From a virus (lineage: Duplodnaviria; Caudoviricetes), in the IMG/VR virus record IMGVR_UViG_3300033407_000017, positions 1-57,611 of that record: DNA of 57,611 bases; one strand, 5' to 3'. A model generated the notes under the pieces. That model was not told the origin of the DNA. It searched no databases and saw only the letters and a program-made list of their open reading frames with translations. The number at the start of each line of letters is the position of its first letter. Within the stretch, counting starts at the first letter, position 1. The position numbers and the translations under genes are program-made. Of this stretch, positions 1 to 9,564 are shown piece by piece.

Positions 1-417
1 TTTGTCCAAAGTTGTTTCAGAGACGGTGCTGAGGTTTGGATTACTACGACCAGACCATATATGCGACTTGATTCTGTAGACCCCGACACTAGAGAGTGGC
101 TATCAAGGAATAAAATTCCGTATCATCATCTTCTCTACGACGAAGAGAAATATGAAGTTCTTGGTTCTATTGTTGGAAATGAAAGGGTTGTTGCTGTTCT
201 TGATGATTTGCCCGATCAAATCATCAAAGCATGTGTGGTGTTTGGGAATAACATTCCTGTTGTCATTGCTCGCCCTCACAACTGTTTCTGGAGGCTTGGT
301 CATGATTTGAGCACAGAGACTACGGTGGTCCATGCACCCCGCGTGGTTAATTCATTGTATTGGGCACAGAAGGTTATCTTGGAGAGGATCAATGAGTTTA
401 GAAGACAGCACACATAG
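1..417 (+). CDS. HAD-superfamily phosphatase/nucleotidase, 5'-truncated
   Basis: Frame open from base 1; VWITTTRP (motif II), TREWL.RNKIPY, VLDD (motif IV). Confidence 0.6.
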   Translation, partial: FVQSCFRDGAEVWITTTRPYMRLDSVDPDTREWLSRNKIPYHHLLYDEEKYEVLGSIVGNERVVAVLDDLPDQIIKACVVFGNNIPVVIARPHNCFWRLGHDLSTETTVVHAPRVVNSLYWAQKVILERINEFRRQHT

Positions 418-790
418 CATAGAATCTCCGAATGAGACGTTGAGATTCATCTGGGACGACCCCAGTCTTCGTCCGCTTCTTGAAACCTTGGGGATTGAAA
501 AAACTCAGACAAATCTAGAACATGCAGTATATCTTTTGGCTGCATTGAAAGAATATTCTGAGAAGAATAAGAAATACAATGACCTATGGGTCAAAGACGG
601 ATGGCTAGGAAGTATTTTTCACTTACGTCACAAGTCGTTCAGGCTTATAGAGAGATTTTGGAGAGGAAAAGAGATTCCTGAACCTTCAGGTAGTCATTCT
701 TTCAAAGACCTTGATGATGCTATTGACCTGATCAACTATGCAGTGATGTTTATGAGGAATGTTGATCATGACAATGAGATAGGAGAATAA
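392..790 (+). CDS. DUF1599 / nucleotide-modification-associated domain 1-like protein
   Basis: KNKKY..W...G......KSFRL ... DDAIDLINYAVM pattern; ATG 392 follows GGAGAGG. Confidence 0.55.
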   Translation: MSLEDSTHSIESPNETLRFIWDDPSLRPLLETLGIEKTQTNLEHAVYLLAALKEYSEKNKKYNDLWVKDGWLGSIFHLRHKSFRLIERFWRGKEIPEPSGSHSFKDLDDAIDLINYAVMFMRNVDHDNEIGE

Positions 791-1113
791 TGGAAACTCC
801 TTGGCTTCATGAGATTGAAGATATGCATGGCCTTCGAGACCAATGGAAGTTCTTTGACAAAGAGGAGTATTCAATTCATAGCACATATGGGACAAAAATT
901 CGTATGATGAAAAGAAGTCCTCTACATGAGGCATGTGCAGCGCAAACCATTACGAAGAGACCTGACAAATCATCTGGGCTTGTAGTTTGCATGTTGATCA
1001 AGGATCATTGGGAAAATCATAAAATTCCTCATATTGGAGTTGAGCAACCAGACCCAAACTTTTTCATGATGATCGAAAGTGTTGGAAATATTCCTGACCC
1101 TCTCGGACTATAG
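790..1113 (+). CDS. hypothetical protein
   Basis: AGGAG RBS, overlaps upstream stop. Confidence 0.6.
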   Translation: METPWLHEIEDMHGLRDQWKFFDKEEYSIHSTYGTKIRMMKRSPLHEACAAQTITKRPDKSSGLVVCMLIKDHWENHKIPHIGVEQPDPNFFMMIESVGNIPDPLGL

Positions 1114-1149
1114 GAGATAGCGACCAGTCGGCTGAAACTGGAGGAAGTT

Positions 1150-1599
1150 TTGTTTCGTAAAGTTTTACTCATGACTATTTGTTCTTTAGTATTTGTGGCT
1201 TGCACCCCAAAACAAGTTTTGATGATTTTTGATTATGAAATAACAAGAGAGCAAGCAGAAGAAGTTTCTCAAAACGTATTGGAAGCAAATGAAGAACTTC
1301 AAGAACTTCAGAGAAACTTTCTAAGACTAGCATATGAACTTCATCACCAGACATTCCTGGTATGCACACGAGCACACGAGTCTGATACTGCGGGTGGGTA
1401 TTTGGCAGTTTCTTCGTCTGGAACATATCGTGGAGCATACCAGTTCCATCAGAATACATGGGACAATGTTGCTAGGCATTCTGGATGGTATTGGCTTGAA
1501 GGTGTTGACCCCATTACTGTTTCTGTTTTCTGGCAAGATATGATGGCTTGGTACTTGTATCAACTACATGGGAACTCTCCATGGGGAGGAAGATGTTGA
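1150..1599 (+). CDS. Rpf-like lytic transglycosylase, predicted lipoprotein
   Basis: C.RAHES..GGY.AV..SG.YRGAYQF...TW, QD..A..LY...G.SPW; lipobox-like LVFVAC; GGAGGA RBS. Confidence 0.8.
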   Translation: MFRKVLLMTICSLVFVACTPKQVLMIFDYEITREQAEEVSQNVLEANEELQELQRNFLRLAYELHHQTFLVCTRAHESDTAGGYLAVSSSGTYRGAYQFHQNTWDNVARHSGWYWLEGVDPITVSVFWQDMMAWYLYQLHGNSPWGGRC

Positions 1600-1602
1600 G
1601 AC

Positions 1603-1752
1603 ATGAGAATGATAGGAGTAATTCTAGGGCTTGTATGGCTGATGGTTCCAACGCTGGAGGACCGAAGAAAAAGAATTTCCAAGGTTAACAAAGACCTAGA
1701 ACTAACTACTGCCAGGAAAGTTGCTCTGTTATATGGAAAAGGAAAGAGATGA
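1603..1752 (+). CDS. 49-aa protein with hydrophobic N-terminus (not in ORF track)
   Basis: MRMIGVILGLVWLMVP...GKGKR; stop overlaps the dnaE start (ATGA). Confidence 0.5.
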   Translation: MRMIGVILGLVWLMVPTLEDRRKRISKVNKDLELTTARKVALLYGKGKR

Positions 1753-4700
1753 CCTCTGTTAAATCCCATGGGTCATTCAAAAGAGTAGACGAACATCACT
1801 CCTTTGTTCCTGGGGAGGACAAATCACGAGGTCCTTCTCTTGTAAAATCAAGAACAAAGGAAATGAGGTATGCGAGTTTGCATCATCACAGCACTTTTTC
1901 ATTCCTTGATGGATTCGGTCTTCCAGAGGCTCACGTAGCAAGAGCAGAGAAGATCGGCATGAGTAGTTTGGCCATGACTGAGCATGGAAATGTTTCTAGT
2001 CATGTCAAACTTGAGCAGGCAGCAACCAAATCAGGGATTCATCCTATTTTTGGGTGTGAACTTTACACTGGTTCTGTATCAGAAAATAATAGAAGTCAAA
2101 GAAAGAATCACCTAACTGTTCTTTCAGAAAACTTAGAGGGATATAGAAATTTGCTTAGGATGGTGTCCAAGAGTTGGGCTGAAGGATTTTACTATGAGCC
2201 AACTGTCTCAGGACCTATGCTCTTGGACCATAAGGAAGGGATCATTATTCTATCAGGTTGCCAGGGAAGCCTTCTTGCAACGAGCCTCGTTGGCGGGAAG
2301 AACATCGACAGTTCTGACGCTAGTTATGAGAGGGCAAGAAGTGTTGCCAGGTCCTATCGAAGAGAGTTTGGTGATTCTTACTATCTAGAGGTTCAGTCCT
2401 TCCCCGAGTTGGATCGCTGCCGTGAGATCAATCAGGCATATGAAAGGCTAAGTAATGAACTAGGGATCCCGCTAGTGGCTACGGGTGATGTTCATTATAC
2501 TATTCCTACAGAGTCTGATATGCAAATGATCCTCCATAATGTCAGGGGTGGTGGTAGGAAGTCTCTTGAAGACCAGGCTCGAGAGTGGAGTTATGACGTG
2601 AAGTTGGCTCCGCCTACAAGCGATCGCTATGTCTATGATCGTTTGCGAGCGACCGGGCTCTCACGCCTGGCAGCCCTCCAAGCGATTGACAATAGCCAAC
2701 AGATCGCAAACCGTTGCCAGGTTGAGCTTCCTAAACTAGATCGTCTTAGGTATCCTCTTCCCTCAGGATATAAGAATGTTCGTGAAGTATGGATTGATTG
2801 GTTGAGAAAGGGATGGGCATATCGTGGTATCGACGGTAAAACCAATAGAAATGAATATGCCAGAAGGTTTCGATACGAGCAAAAGATCATCGAAGACAAA
2901 GACTTCATCGATTACTTTCTTGTGGTTGCAGATCTTGTTGTATTCTCCAAAGACTCTGGTATTCCAGTGGGACCAGCAAGGGGATCGGCTGCTGCAAGTC
3001 TCGTGTGTTACTTACTTAGAATTACAGAAGTTGATCCTCTTGAATTCCCTAACCTTGTCTTCGAAAGATTTATCGACGTTACTAGACAGGATCTCCCGGA
3101 TATCGACCTCGACTTTGATGACGAGAGACGAAGAGAGGTTCGTGAATATCTCGTTTCGAAATATGGACTGGAGTCGGTTGGCAACATCGGAACTTTTACT
3201 TCCTATAAGGCAAAGAACTCTCTTGACGACATTGGAAGAGTTTATAAGATCCCTGTTTGGGAGATTGAGAAAGTCAAGGAACTTTTGATTGAAAGATCTT
3301 CTGGAGATCTTCGGTCAAGTGCAACTATTGAAGACACAGTGGAATATTTCGAGCAAGCGAAGGATGTCATAGACCGATATCCACAACTTAGAAAAGCAAT
3401 GGATCTTGAAGGTCAATACAAAGGTCTTGGCGTCCATGCCGCTGGGCTTGTGGTTGCGAATGGACCCATTACCGAGGTCGCTGCTTTATACAAGCGAGAG
3501 GTTCCAAAGAAATCTGGAAATTGGGTTGATGTTATCAGCCCTGACAAGTATGACGCCGAACATCTCAATATCATGAAGATAGATGTTCTCGGCCTCAACA
3601 CGATGGGAATGATTCGTAGGGTCATTGAGGCTGTTGGAATTACTCTTGAAGATCTTTATGCTCTTCCTCTGGATGATCCAGAAGTAATTGATGCGTTTCA
3701 CAGGAATGACACGGTTGGTATTTTTCAGTTTGATGGTCGAGCAATGAGGAATCTAAATGCTGAACTTCAGCCAGATAATTTCAAAGAGATTTGCGATGCG
3801 AACGCACTCGCTCGTCCTGGTCCGCTTCACAGTGGTGCCAGTAGCGAATACATTGATGTTAAGCGTGGAAGGAAAGAAGCAAAAAGAATTCATCAAATGC
3901 TTGACAAAATCTGCAAAGATACGCATTATCAAATCGTGTATCAAGAACAAATTTTGAGAATCGTTCGTGAGATAGGTAACTTCGACTGGACCCACGCCGC
4001 ATATATCAGAAAGATCATTTCAAAGAAGATCGGTGAGCAAGAGTTCAATAGACAATGGGATCGGTTCTGGGCAGGAGCACAAACTCATGGACTGACATAC
4101 GATCAGGCTCGTACTATTTGGAATGCTTGCATCACCGCTGGGTCATATGCGTTCAATGCCGCCCACTGTGTTTCATATGGGATGATTGCATATTGGACCA
4201 TGTATCTAAAGGTTCACTATCCACACGAGTTCTATGTTGCTGCACTTACGAAATACGACGAGAAGAAGCAATTGGAACTTTTGCAGGATGCTGTGAGGCA
4301 TGGGATAGAAGTTCTTCCTCCGAACCCCAATACCAGTGATGTGAGTTGGAAGGTTTTTGAGGGAAAGATTCTCGGAGGCTTCTCTCAGATCTTTGGCATT
4401 GGGGAGAAGATGGCTCCAAAGATTGTTTCAGTGAGAGACGAGGCTGGTAAAGACTTCTGGTCATGGGATGATCTTTCCATTATCAAGGGTGTGGGTGCGA
4501 AGAAAATCCAGACAATGAAGGACTTCGTTGCGAGTGACGACCCGTTTGGCATTCATCGCCTTGAGCGACTGATTGGCTATGCCAAAGAGCTTATCAAAAC
4601 AGGAAAGATTAAACTTAGATATGGGCAACTTCTTCCATACCCAACACATAAGGCCGAAGAAGTTCCATACAGCAAAGGTTTGGATACTGAGGTTGTTTGG

Positions 4701-5009
4701 ATTGGTCAAGTTGTTCACAGAAACCTTAGAGATCTGTTTGAACTTCACTTCTCAAGAACCGGAGAAGTTCTAGATCCTAACTCGGTCAGAGAACCCAGCT
4801 TGAATGAGTGGGTGGTCATGGTTGGCCAAGATGAGACCGACTATGTAAACCTTACGATAGACAGGTGGAAATATCCAAGGTTTAGGAATGCAGCATGGTC
4901 AATCAAACTAGAAGAAGATCTCGTACTTGTTCGTGGTGTTAAGAAAGGAAACCAGGCAAGAAGAGCAATTTACGTTCATGAGTTATGGGTCCTAGAGTCG
5001 AAGGGTTAG
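1749..5009 (+). CDS. dnaE: DNA polymerase III alpha subunit (family C)
   Basis: PHP motifs HHHS.FSFLDG, TEHG, GDVHY; GPARGSAAASL; PDIDLDF; KIDVLGL; YAFNAAH. Confidence 0.97.
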   Translation: MTSVKSHGSFKRVDEHHSFVPGEDKSRGPSLVKSRTKEMRYASLHHHSTFSFLDGFGLPEAHVARAEKIGMSSLAMTEHGNVSSHVKLEQAATKSGIHPIFGCELYTGSVSENNRSQRKNHLTVLSENLEGYRNLLRMVSKSWAEGFYYEPTVSGPMLLDHKEGIIILSGCQGSLLATSLVGGKNIDSSDASYERARSVARSYRREFGDSYYLEVQSFPELDRCREINQAYERLSNELGIPLVATGDVHYTIPTESDMQMILHNVRGGGRKSLEDQAREWSYDVKLAPPTSDRYVYDRLRATGLSRLAALQAIDNSQQIANRCQVELPKLDRLRYPLPSGYKNVREVWIDWLRKGWAYRGIDGKTNRNEYARRFRYEQKIIEDKDFIDYFLVVADLVVFSKDSGIPVGPARGSAAASLVCYLLRITEVDPLEFPNLVFERFIDVTRQDLPDIDLDFDDERRREVREYLVSKYGLESVGNIGTFTSYKAKNSLDDIGRVYKIPVWEIEKVKELLIERSSGDLRSSATIEDTVEYFEQAKDVIDRYPQLRKAMDLEGQYKGLGVHAAGLVVANGPITEVAALYKREVPKKSGNWVDVISPDKYDAEHLNIMKIDVLGLNTMGMIRRVIEAVGITLEDLYALPLDDPEVIDAFHRNDTVGIFQFDGRAMRNLNAELQPDNFKEICDANALARPGPLHSGASSEYIDVKRGRKEAKRIHQMLDKICKDTHYQIVYQEQILRIVREIGNFDWTHAAYIRKIISKKIGEQEFNRQWDRFWAGAQTHGLTYDQARTIWNACITAGSYAFNAAHCVSYGMIAYWTMYLKVHYPHEFYVAALTKYDEKKQLELLQDAVRHGIEVLPPNPNTSDVSWKVFEGKILGGFSQIFGIGEKMAPKIVSVRDEAGKDFWSWDDLSIIKGVGAKKIQTMKDFVASDDPFGIHRLERLIGYAKELIKTGKIKLRYGQLLPYPTHKAEEVPYSKGLDTEVVWIGQVVHRNLRDLFELHFSRTGEVLDPNSVREPSLNEWVVMVGQDETDYVNLTIDRWKYPRFRNAAWSIKLEEDLVLVRGVKKGNQARRAIYVHELWVLESKG

Positions 5010-5272
5010 TGGTGGGTGAAGATCAGCCAGGGGTAAAAGAAACTTCATGGATGAAAGAAGGAAATTGTAAGGGGGCAGATCCTGAATTATTTTTCCCAGA
5101 GCGTCTTGATCATGCTGGCCGTCGGGTTGCCATTGCGGTTTGCGATGGATGTCCAGTAACCAACCTCTGTCTAGAATATGCTCTTAAAAATAGAATTGAG
5201 ACGGGGATTTGGGGAGGAATGTCAACGAGGGACAGAAGAAAGTTGAGTCGGGAACGACAAAAAGAAAGGTAG
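5009..5272 (+). CDS. whiB: WhiB-family transcription factor
   Basis: Four Cys, DPELFFP, GIWGG, basic tail; start uncertain (GTG 5009 or 5012). Confidence 0.95.
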   Translation: MVGEDQPGVKETSWMKEGNCKGADPELFFPERLDHAGRRVAIAVCDGCPVTNLCLEYALKNRIETGIWGGMSTRDRRKLSRERQKER

Positions 5273-5281
5273 GAATCTCTG

Positions 5282-5602
5282 ATGGGTATGAGTGATGCTG
5301 GTGATCTTATTCCTGGTATAGACGATGCGCGTAGGGTTACGCCAATAGAACCATATTCTCCGAATGTTGACAGAGACACTGAAGACGTTCATCTTGTTTT
5401 CGTAATTCTTCGAGGACTTGACCCCTCAAGAAGACAACAGCGGGCCGAGTCGCTTGCTCGCCATGTTGTGATGGGATTCGGTAAAAACGGTGCCGTTTAT
5501 ACTTCGGAAGGAGATCTTGTTTCATACGAAGGAGTGTCGAAAGACTGGCCTGAAAACATTGTTCAAACATTGCAGATGTTTGGTGTGAAGGGAACTTCAT
5601 GA
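5282..5602 (+). CDS. hypothetical protein
   Basis: Fills the whiB-thyX gap; ATGA-coupled to thyX. Confidence 0.6.
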   Translation: MGMSDAGDLIPGIDDARRVTPIEPYSPNVDRDTEDVHLVFVILRGLDPSRRQQRAESLARHVVMGFGKNGAVYTSEGDLVSYEGVSKDWPENIVQTLQMFGVKGTS

Positions 5603-6624
5603 GCGAGGTAGAAAGATATGCAGACAAGGCAATGTTTCCGGCAACGCCTATGAAAAGCATTGTTCCAAAGGTACATCTTCTCTGGATGACGAGGGACCCT
5701 CTCGGGGCCGTCGCTGCTGCCTCTAGAATGTATGAGGGGAAGCCAACATACAGTTTGAATGATGTTGATGATGAAGAGCGTCGTCGGTATTGGGAAGAGA
5801 TGGGAAGGACACATCTCAAGGCTCCTCTTGAGTTCGTGAAGCTTCATTTTATGATTGAAGGTGTTGACCGAGCGTTCACGCATCAATTGGTTCGTCAAAG
5901 AACTGCTGTATATGCCCAGGAATCTTTGAGATTCGCTGTGAAGGAAGAGTTGGCAAGTGAGGTTCCATATCCACCTTCATTCAAGTATGTTCCTCAGAAT
6001 GTTTCTTCTTTCAATGACCTCGCAGACACTTGGGACTCAGCCCTCAAGAAGATTGAAGAGGCATACAAGTCGCTCATCGCCAATGGCGTCCCGGCAGAAG
6101 ATGCTCGTGGCTTGTTACCAACGGCTGTGACGACAAGAATTCACTATTGCACAGATTTGAGAAACCTTCTTGAACATGCTGGAAACAGGCTCTGCACTCA
6201 GGCTCAGTTTCATTGGAGGTCAGTGTTTCTGCAGATTGCAGAAGTCATTAGAACTTATCCTGAGCAGTTGATCAATGAAAGTGCTCAGAGGAGTGGTTAT
6301 TCATCTTTAGACATTGATCAATATCAATATTTGGCGGAAAAAGTTGGAGGAGGCTCATGGCAGTTTGAATTGATTGCTGGGACTGCATTCAAGCCTCAGT
6401 GCTATTTGCAGAACAGGTGTACGTTCAAGGCAGATTTTGACAGGGGTTGTACGATCAGGAACAGGGTTGATGAGTTTGAGAAGCATGGAATTCCATCAAC
6501 AGAATGGGGCTTCTCTGGATGGGAAGGAGACGTCGCCCCCATTGCAGAGATTGAATGGATGGAAGACCCTCAGGCTGGGTGGGTTCAACAAGCCCACGGT
6601 TCATCAGGAGAGTCAGGTACTTAG
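5599..6624 (+). CDS. thyX: FAD-dependent thymidylate synthase (ThyX-like)
   Basis: HLKAPLEF, GVDRAFTHQLVRQR.....QESLRF, EDARGLLP, RLC..AQ..WR. Confidence 0.88.
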   Translation: MSEVERYADKAMFPATPMKSIVPKVHLLWMTRDPLGAVAAASRMYEGKPTYSLNDVDDEERRRYWEEMGRTHLKAPLEFVKLHFMIEGVDRAFTHQLVRQRTAVYAQESLRFAVKEELASEVPYPPSFKYVPQNVSSFNDLADTWDSALKKIEEAYKSLIANGVPAEDARGLLPTAVTTRIHYCTDLRNLLEHAGNRLCTQAQFHWRSVFLQIAEVIRTYPEQLINESAQRSGYSSLDIDQYQYLAEKVGGGSWQFELIAGTAFKPQCYLQNRCTFKADFDRGCTIRNRVDEFEKHGIPSTEWGFSGWEGDVAPIAEIEWMEDPQAGWVQQAHGSSGESGT

Positions 6625-6641
6625 ATAACAAATGACCTCAA

Positions 6642-6809
6642 ATGACCGTTTTACTGCTGGTGTGGCCCCGGGGGCGGTGCCCTTAGGCTTGCAGCATTGC
6701 CCTCTAGGCGTCCGTTTAACGGCCTTGACCTAGCGGTCCGGTAACCACCGGCGGGGGCACTTGATAACGGGGCTTAGGCGGACACGTAGTATCAGCACAA
6801 AATGGTCAT
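6642..6809 (+). ncRNA. candidate structured RNA (long rod with multibranch cap)
   Basis: Four nested helices plus three inner hairpins found by eye; G-U pairs favour the + strand. Confidence 0.45.
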
Positions 6810-6816
6810 ATTGCTC

Positions 6817-6865
6817 AAAAAGGTGGGGAGGGGTCGCTGGCGAGACGAAACAGCAACCCCTCCCC
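6817..6865 (-). terminator. intrinsic terminator of the late operon
   Basis: GGGGAGGGGTTGCTG...CAGCGACCCCTCCCC then ACCTTTTT on the - strand. Confidence 0.75.
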
Positions 6866-6964
6866 TGCGCCCGGCGCAGCCCAGGGCATCCGGCCTTCTC
6901 ACCCTGGGTTCGTGACCAGCGGGCTCCTCAGCCAACCCACGGTCACAGGCAGCCAGGGCGGTTC

Positions 6965-7288
6965 TTATACGTCAAGCAAATCGTCATTCTCTCCAAGAGA
7001 TGCACTGTATTGTGGAACTGTATCTTTCCCAAAAATCAATCCCTTGGACTGACCATAACGAATTGCAAAGTTGACCAGTCCAATCACAGCAGATCCAATT
7101 GCAGAGACGAAGGCATACCCCAAAACAGAAACATCAGGGAAGGGGTCTTGCCCGCTGTTACTTGCCCACTCAGAGACCTGCTGGAAAAACCCAACCAATG
7201 TTGTTCCGAAAAGCCCAAAGAATGAGAACAAGGCAGTCCAAAGGGCAGCCTTGAGCGAATTGATTGTGTCAGTCATGAATAATTCCAT
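6965..7288 (-). CDS. holin-like membrane protein
   Basis: Two hydrophobic helices, last gene of the lysis cassette; start may be 7276. Confidence 0.65.
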   Translation of the reverse strand: MELFMTDTINSLKAALWTALFSFFGLFGTTLVGFFQQVSEWASNSGQDPFPDVSVLGYAFVSAIGSAVIGLVNFAIRYGQSKGLIFGKDTVPQYSASLGENDDLLDV

Positions 7289-7694
7289 TCTCTAGTTGTT
7301 GCTGGAGGTTATCAAAAGCAATACGAATTTCTGCTCTTTCTTGTTTGGCTAGTGATATTTCTTCTGAAGACTGTTTCAAAAGTTGGTCTCTTTCTTCTGA
7401 AGAAGCCATATGCTCTTCTATGACAACTTTTGTTTCTCTACTTAGTTGTAGATTCTTTTTATGAAGCTCAAAAGATTCTTCAGTTTTGTCTCGCAGGGAC
7501 GAGATGACATCTTTCAAAGAAGTACCGTCGTCGGGTTTATATTCCTCGGCAATTTCTTTTAGAACATCAATAACCTCGCTGATTCTACGAACTGATAGAA
7601 CAATTGGTTTTAGGAATTTTGTCCAGGACCCAGCCACCCCAACCAATACGAGGGTGACGAGGGCTAGGTCTGTAAGGATTTGTCTCCATTCCAT
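7269..7694 (-). CDS. membrane-anchored coiled-coil protein of the lysis cassette
   Basis: N-terminal TM; PDDGTSLKD resembles the PNGGSSLKD motif of actinophage membrane proteins. Confidence 0.6.
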   Translation of the reverse strand: MEWRQILTDLALVTLVLVGVAGSWTKFLKPIVLSVRRISEVIDVLKEIAEEYKPDDGTSLKDVISSLRDKTEESFELHKKNLQLSRETKVVIEEHMASSEERDQLLKQSSEEISLAKQERAEIRIAFDNLQQQLENGIIHD

Positions 7695-7704
7695 TGTTTA
7701 TTCA

Positions 7705-8559
7705 TTACCCCTTATATGGAAGCGCATACTGCTCTCCAGAAGTAGCAGTCAAGATGATCCTGTACCCCTTCTTCCTCTCCGACGGATTAGCGGGGCGAAT
7801 ACTTGCAGGCTTCCTACCGACAAGATGCCTCGCGATATCCCTGCCAGAACCGTAGTGCGGGCAGTTGAAACTGAAGACTCCCCAATCCTCTCCTAGAAGA
7901 TGAACACCGCCACTTGAATCCATGCACGAAGCAACAATTCCTGGAAGGTACAATGTTGGATTGAACATTTGTGGAACCCTTCCCGACTCTTCAGTCATCT
8001 GAGACAGGTCAAACGGCGGCTGAAGAAATCCCATTGCTGAGTATACGTTGTCGCCGGGGCAAGCCGTAGACTTCTTGTCTCGGTGGGCCAGCGTCTTCCC
8101 CGCTTTGAGTGCCCTGGGCAGCAAACACCCAGGGATTCTTGCTGCAAGGATCATTGCTCCGGTGATCGTCTCTTTCATGAAGTTACCTGCGAAGCACACA
8201 CCAATCGTTGTGCTGTTTTCTCCCGCTGTATGCGCTCCAATGTAATCAAACCCGCAACCCTGGCATAGAACTGCGTGCTTGTCGTTGATCCCTCTGAACA
8301 CCATGAATGAATATGGAAAATCACCAAGGTCTGGGCGAACCTTTTTGATCATCCTCATGTACCTGACAATATCGTCTAGGTCTCCATGCAAGAATCCATC
8401 ACGGTCATAGTCTGGCATGATGGCAGCCGTATGGTGGATTCTAAGTGCATCCCACTTGTTTCTATCAGACTGTCTTTTGAACGAGAGAGGATCAATACCA
8501 GTATCTTTCCTAGTTAGATATGTGATTCTTACATCATGAGCAAGGTTTAGTTCTTGCAT
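7705..8559 (-). CDS. endolysin, N-acetylmuramoyl-L-alanine amidase (Amidase_2/PGRP)
   Basis: IHHTA, FPYSF, GAHTAGENS..IGVCFAGNF, AHRD..STACPG. Confidence 0.9.
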   Translation of the reverse strand: MQELNLAHDVRITYLTRKDTGIDPLSFKRQSDRNKWDALRIHHTAAIMPDYDRDGFLHGDLDDIVRYMRMIKKVRPDLGDFPYSFMVFRGINDKHAVLCQGCGFDYIGAHTAGENSTTIGVCFAGNFMKETITGAMILAARIPGCLLPRALKAGKTLAHRDKKSTACPGDNVYSAMGFLQPPFDLSQMTEESGRVPQMFNPTLYLPGIVASCMDSSGGVHLLGEDWGVFSFNCPHYGSGRDIARHLVGRKPASIRPANPSERKKGYRIILTATSGEQYALPYKG

Positions 8560-8571
8560 GGCCGGGTCTCC

Positions 8572-9564
8572 TTAGAAATATGAATTATTGCCTCTGCGAA
8601 TGCTTCCTTGTCTTGACCTTCTTTGCACAGCCCTAGCGTATCTCTGGTCATGCCTTTGGACGTGGCGAAGCGGGGGCGTGTCGCCACCCCACAGCAGATA
8701 GACGACGCCGTCTCCGATGTCGATATCGTTCGGGGTGCGGACAACCTCGGTAGTGATGTCGACGCCTTCGACGCTCTGAACCGCGGTACACTTCGTGTCG
8801 TCATACCAACCCGACCCTCCGCCGCCGCCGCCGCTGTCCGGGTTATTGCTGCGACCAGCGCCTCCGCCGTAGAAGCCGCAACCGCCGGGGCCGCTGCTGG
8901 GGAAGATAGCGGCGGGGCATCCGAACGTCCACTCGCCTGGCCCGCTTTGCGTCGTGGATGTATGCCCAGCGGCGCCACCTTCGGTGAGAGTTCCGCCGCC
9001 GCCACCGTTGCTGCCAGTCCCGTCTTCACCGTCGCCGCCATCGCCGTAACCAGCACCAAAACCACCTTCGGGGTGTGGTGGTCCTGCACTACTCGCTCCG
9101 CGGCCACCGCCAGCGCCCGCGACAGCAACGCGGTACGGCGCCTCCCAATATGGCGCGTCCTCAAGAATCCAATAGGATAGCGGAAACGCCGCGGGTGTGC
9201 GGGGGGTCGGATATGTGCCATCCCACCGCACGATCTCGGCTCTATTCGGTGGAAGTCCGTTGGTCACGCTCACCGATCCGGCGTGTAAGGCGAGCGATTC
9301 TCCTGGCGTCACGAGAAGGATGCCGTATTGTTGGCCGGGCCTACCCGCCCACTCATCGCCGACGTCCCGCTTCCCAGCCTGACCCCGGATCACATATTCA
9401 ATCTTTCTGACACCGGCCGGGACCGTGAAAACCCACCATCGGTGATATGCAACACGGATGCTATTCACTGACTTGTTCTGAACCATGAACCCCATGTCGA
9501 ATGGGCCACCGGAATCTGCAGGTCCAGTTCCGCCACCATACAGGAGCCAACCACGGGCTACCAT
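8572..9564 (-). CDS. glycine-rich minor tail protein
   Basis: FTVPAGV, VTPGESL, VAGAGGG, GFYGGGAG, GGGGGSG. Confidence 0.7.
   Translation of the reverse strand: MVARGWLLYGGGTGPADSGGPFDMGFMVQNKSVNSIRVAYHRWWVFTVPAGVRKIEYVIRGQAGKRDVGDEWAGRPGQQYGILLVTPGESLALHAGSVSVTNGLPPNRAEIVRWDGTYPTPRTPAAFPLSYWILEDAPYWEAPYRVAVAGAGGGRGASSAGPPHPEGGFGAGYGDGGDGEDGTGSNGGGGGTLTEGGAAGHTSTTQSGPGEWTFGCPAAIFPSSGPGGCGFYGGGAGRSNNPDSGGGGGGSGWYDDTKCTAVQSVEGVDITTEVVRTPNDIDIGDGVVYLLWGGDTPPLRHVQRHDQRYARAVQRRSRQGSIRRGNNSYF

Noticed and set aside
1749-5009. Intein or intron in dnaE (also checked terL and the helicase)
   Set aside because: Normal lengths, contiguous motifs and no splice signatures seen.
6840-6940. Hammerhead-like words (CTGAGGAG...CGAAC on -, CTGGCGAGACGAAAC on +)
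   Set aside because: No proper stem II and GAAA core; the bases fit better in other stems.
8547-9410. Long overlapping alternative-frame and antisense ORFs (also 12515..13270, 28439..29572, 39601..40439)
   Set aside because: Shadows of GC-rich real genes, with no motifs or RBS.
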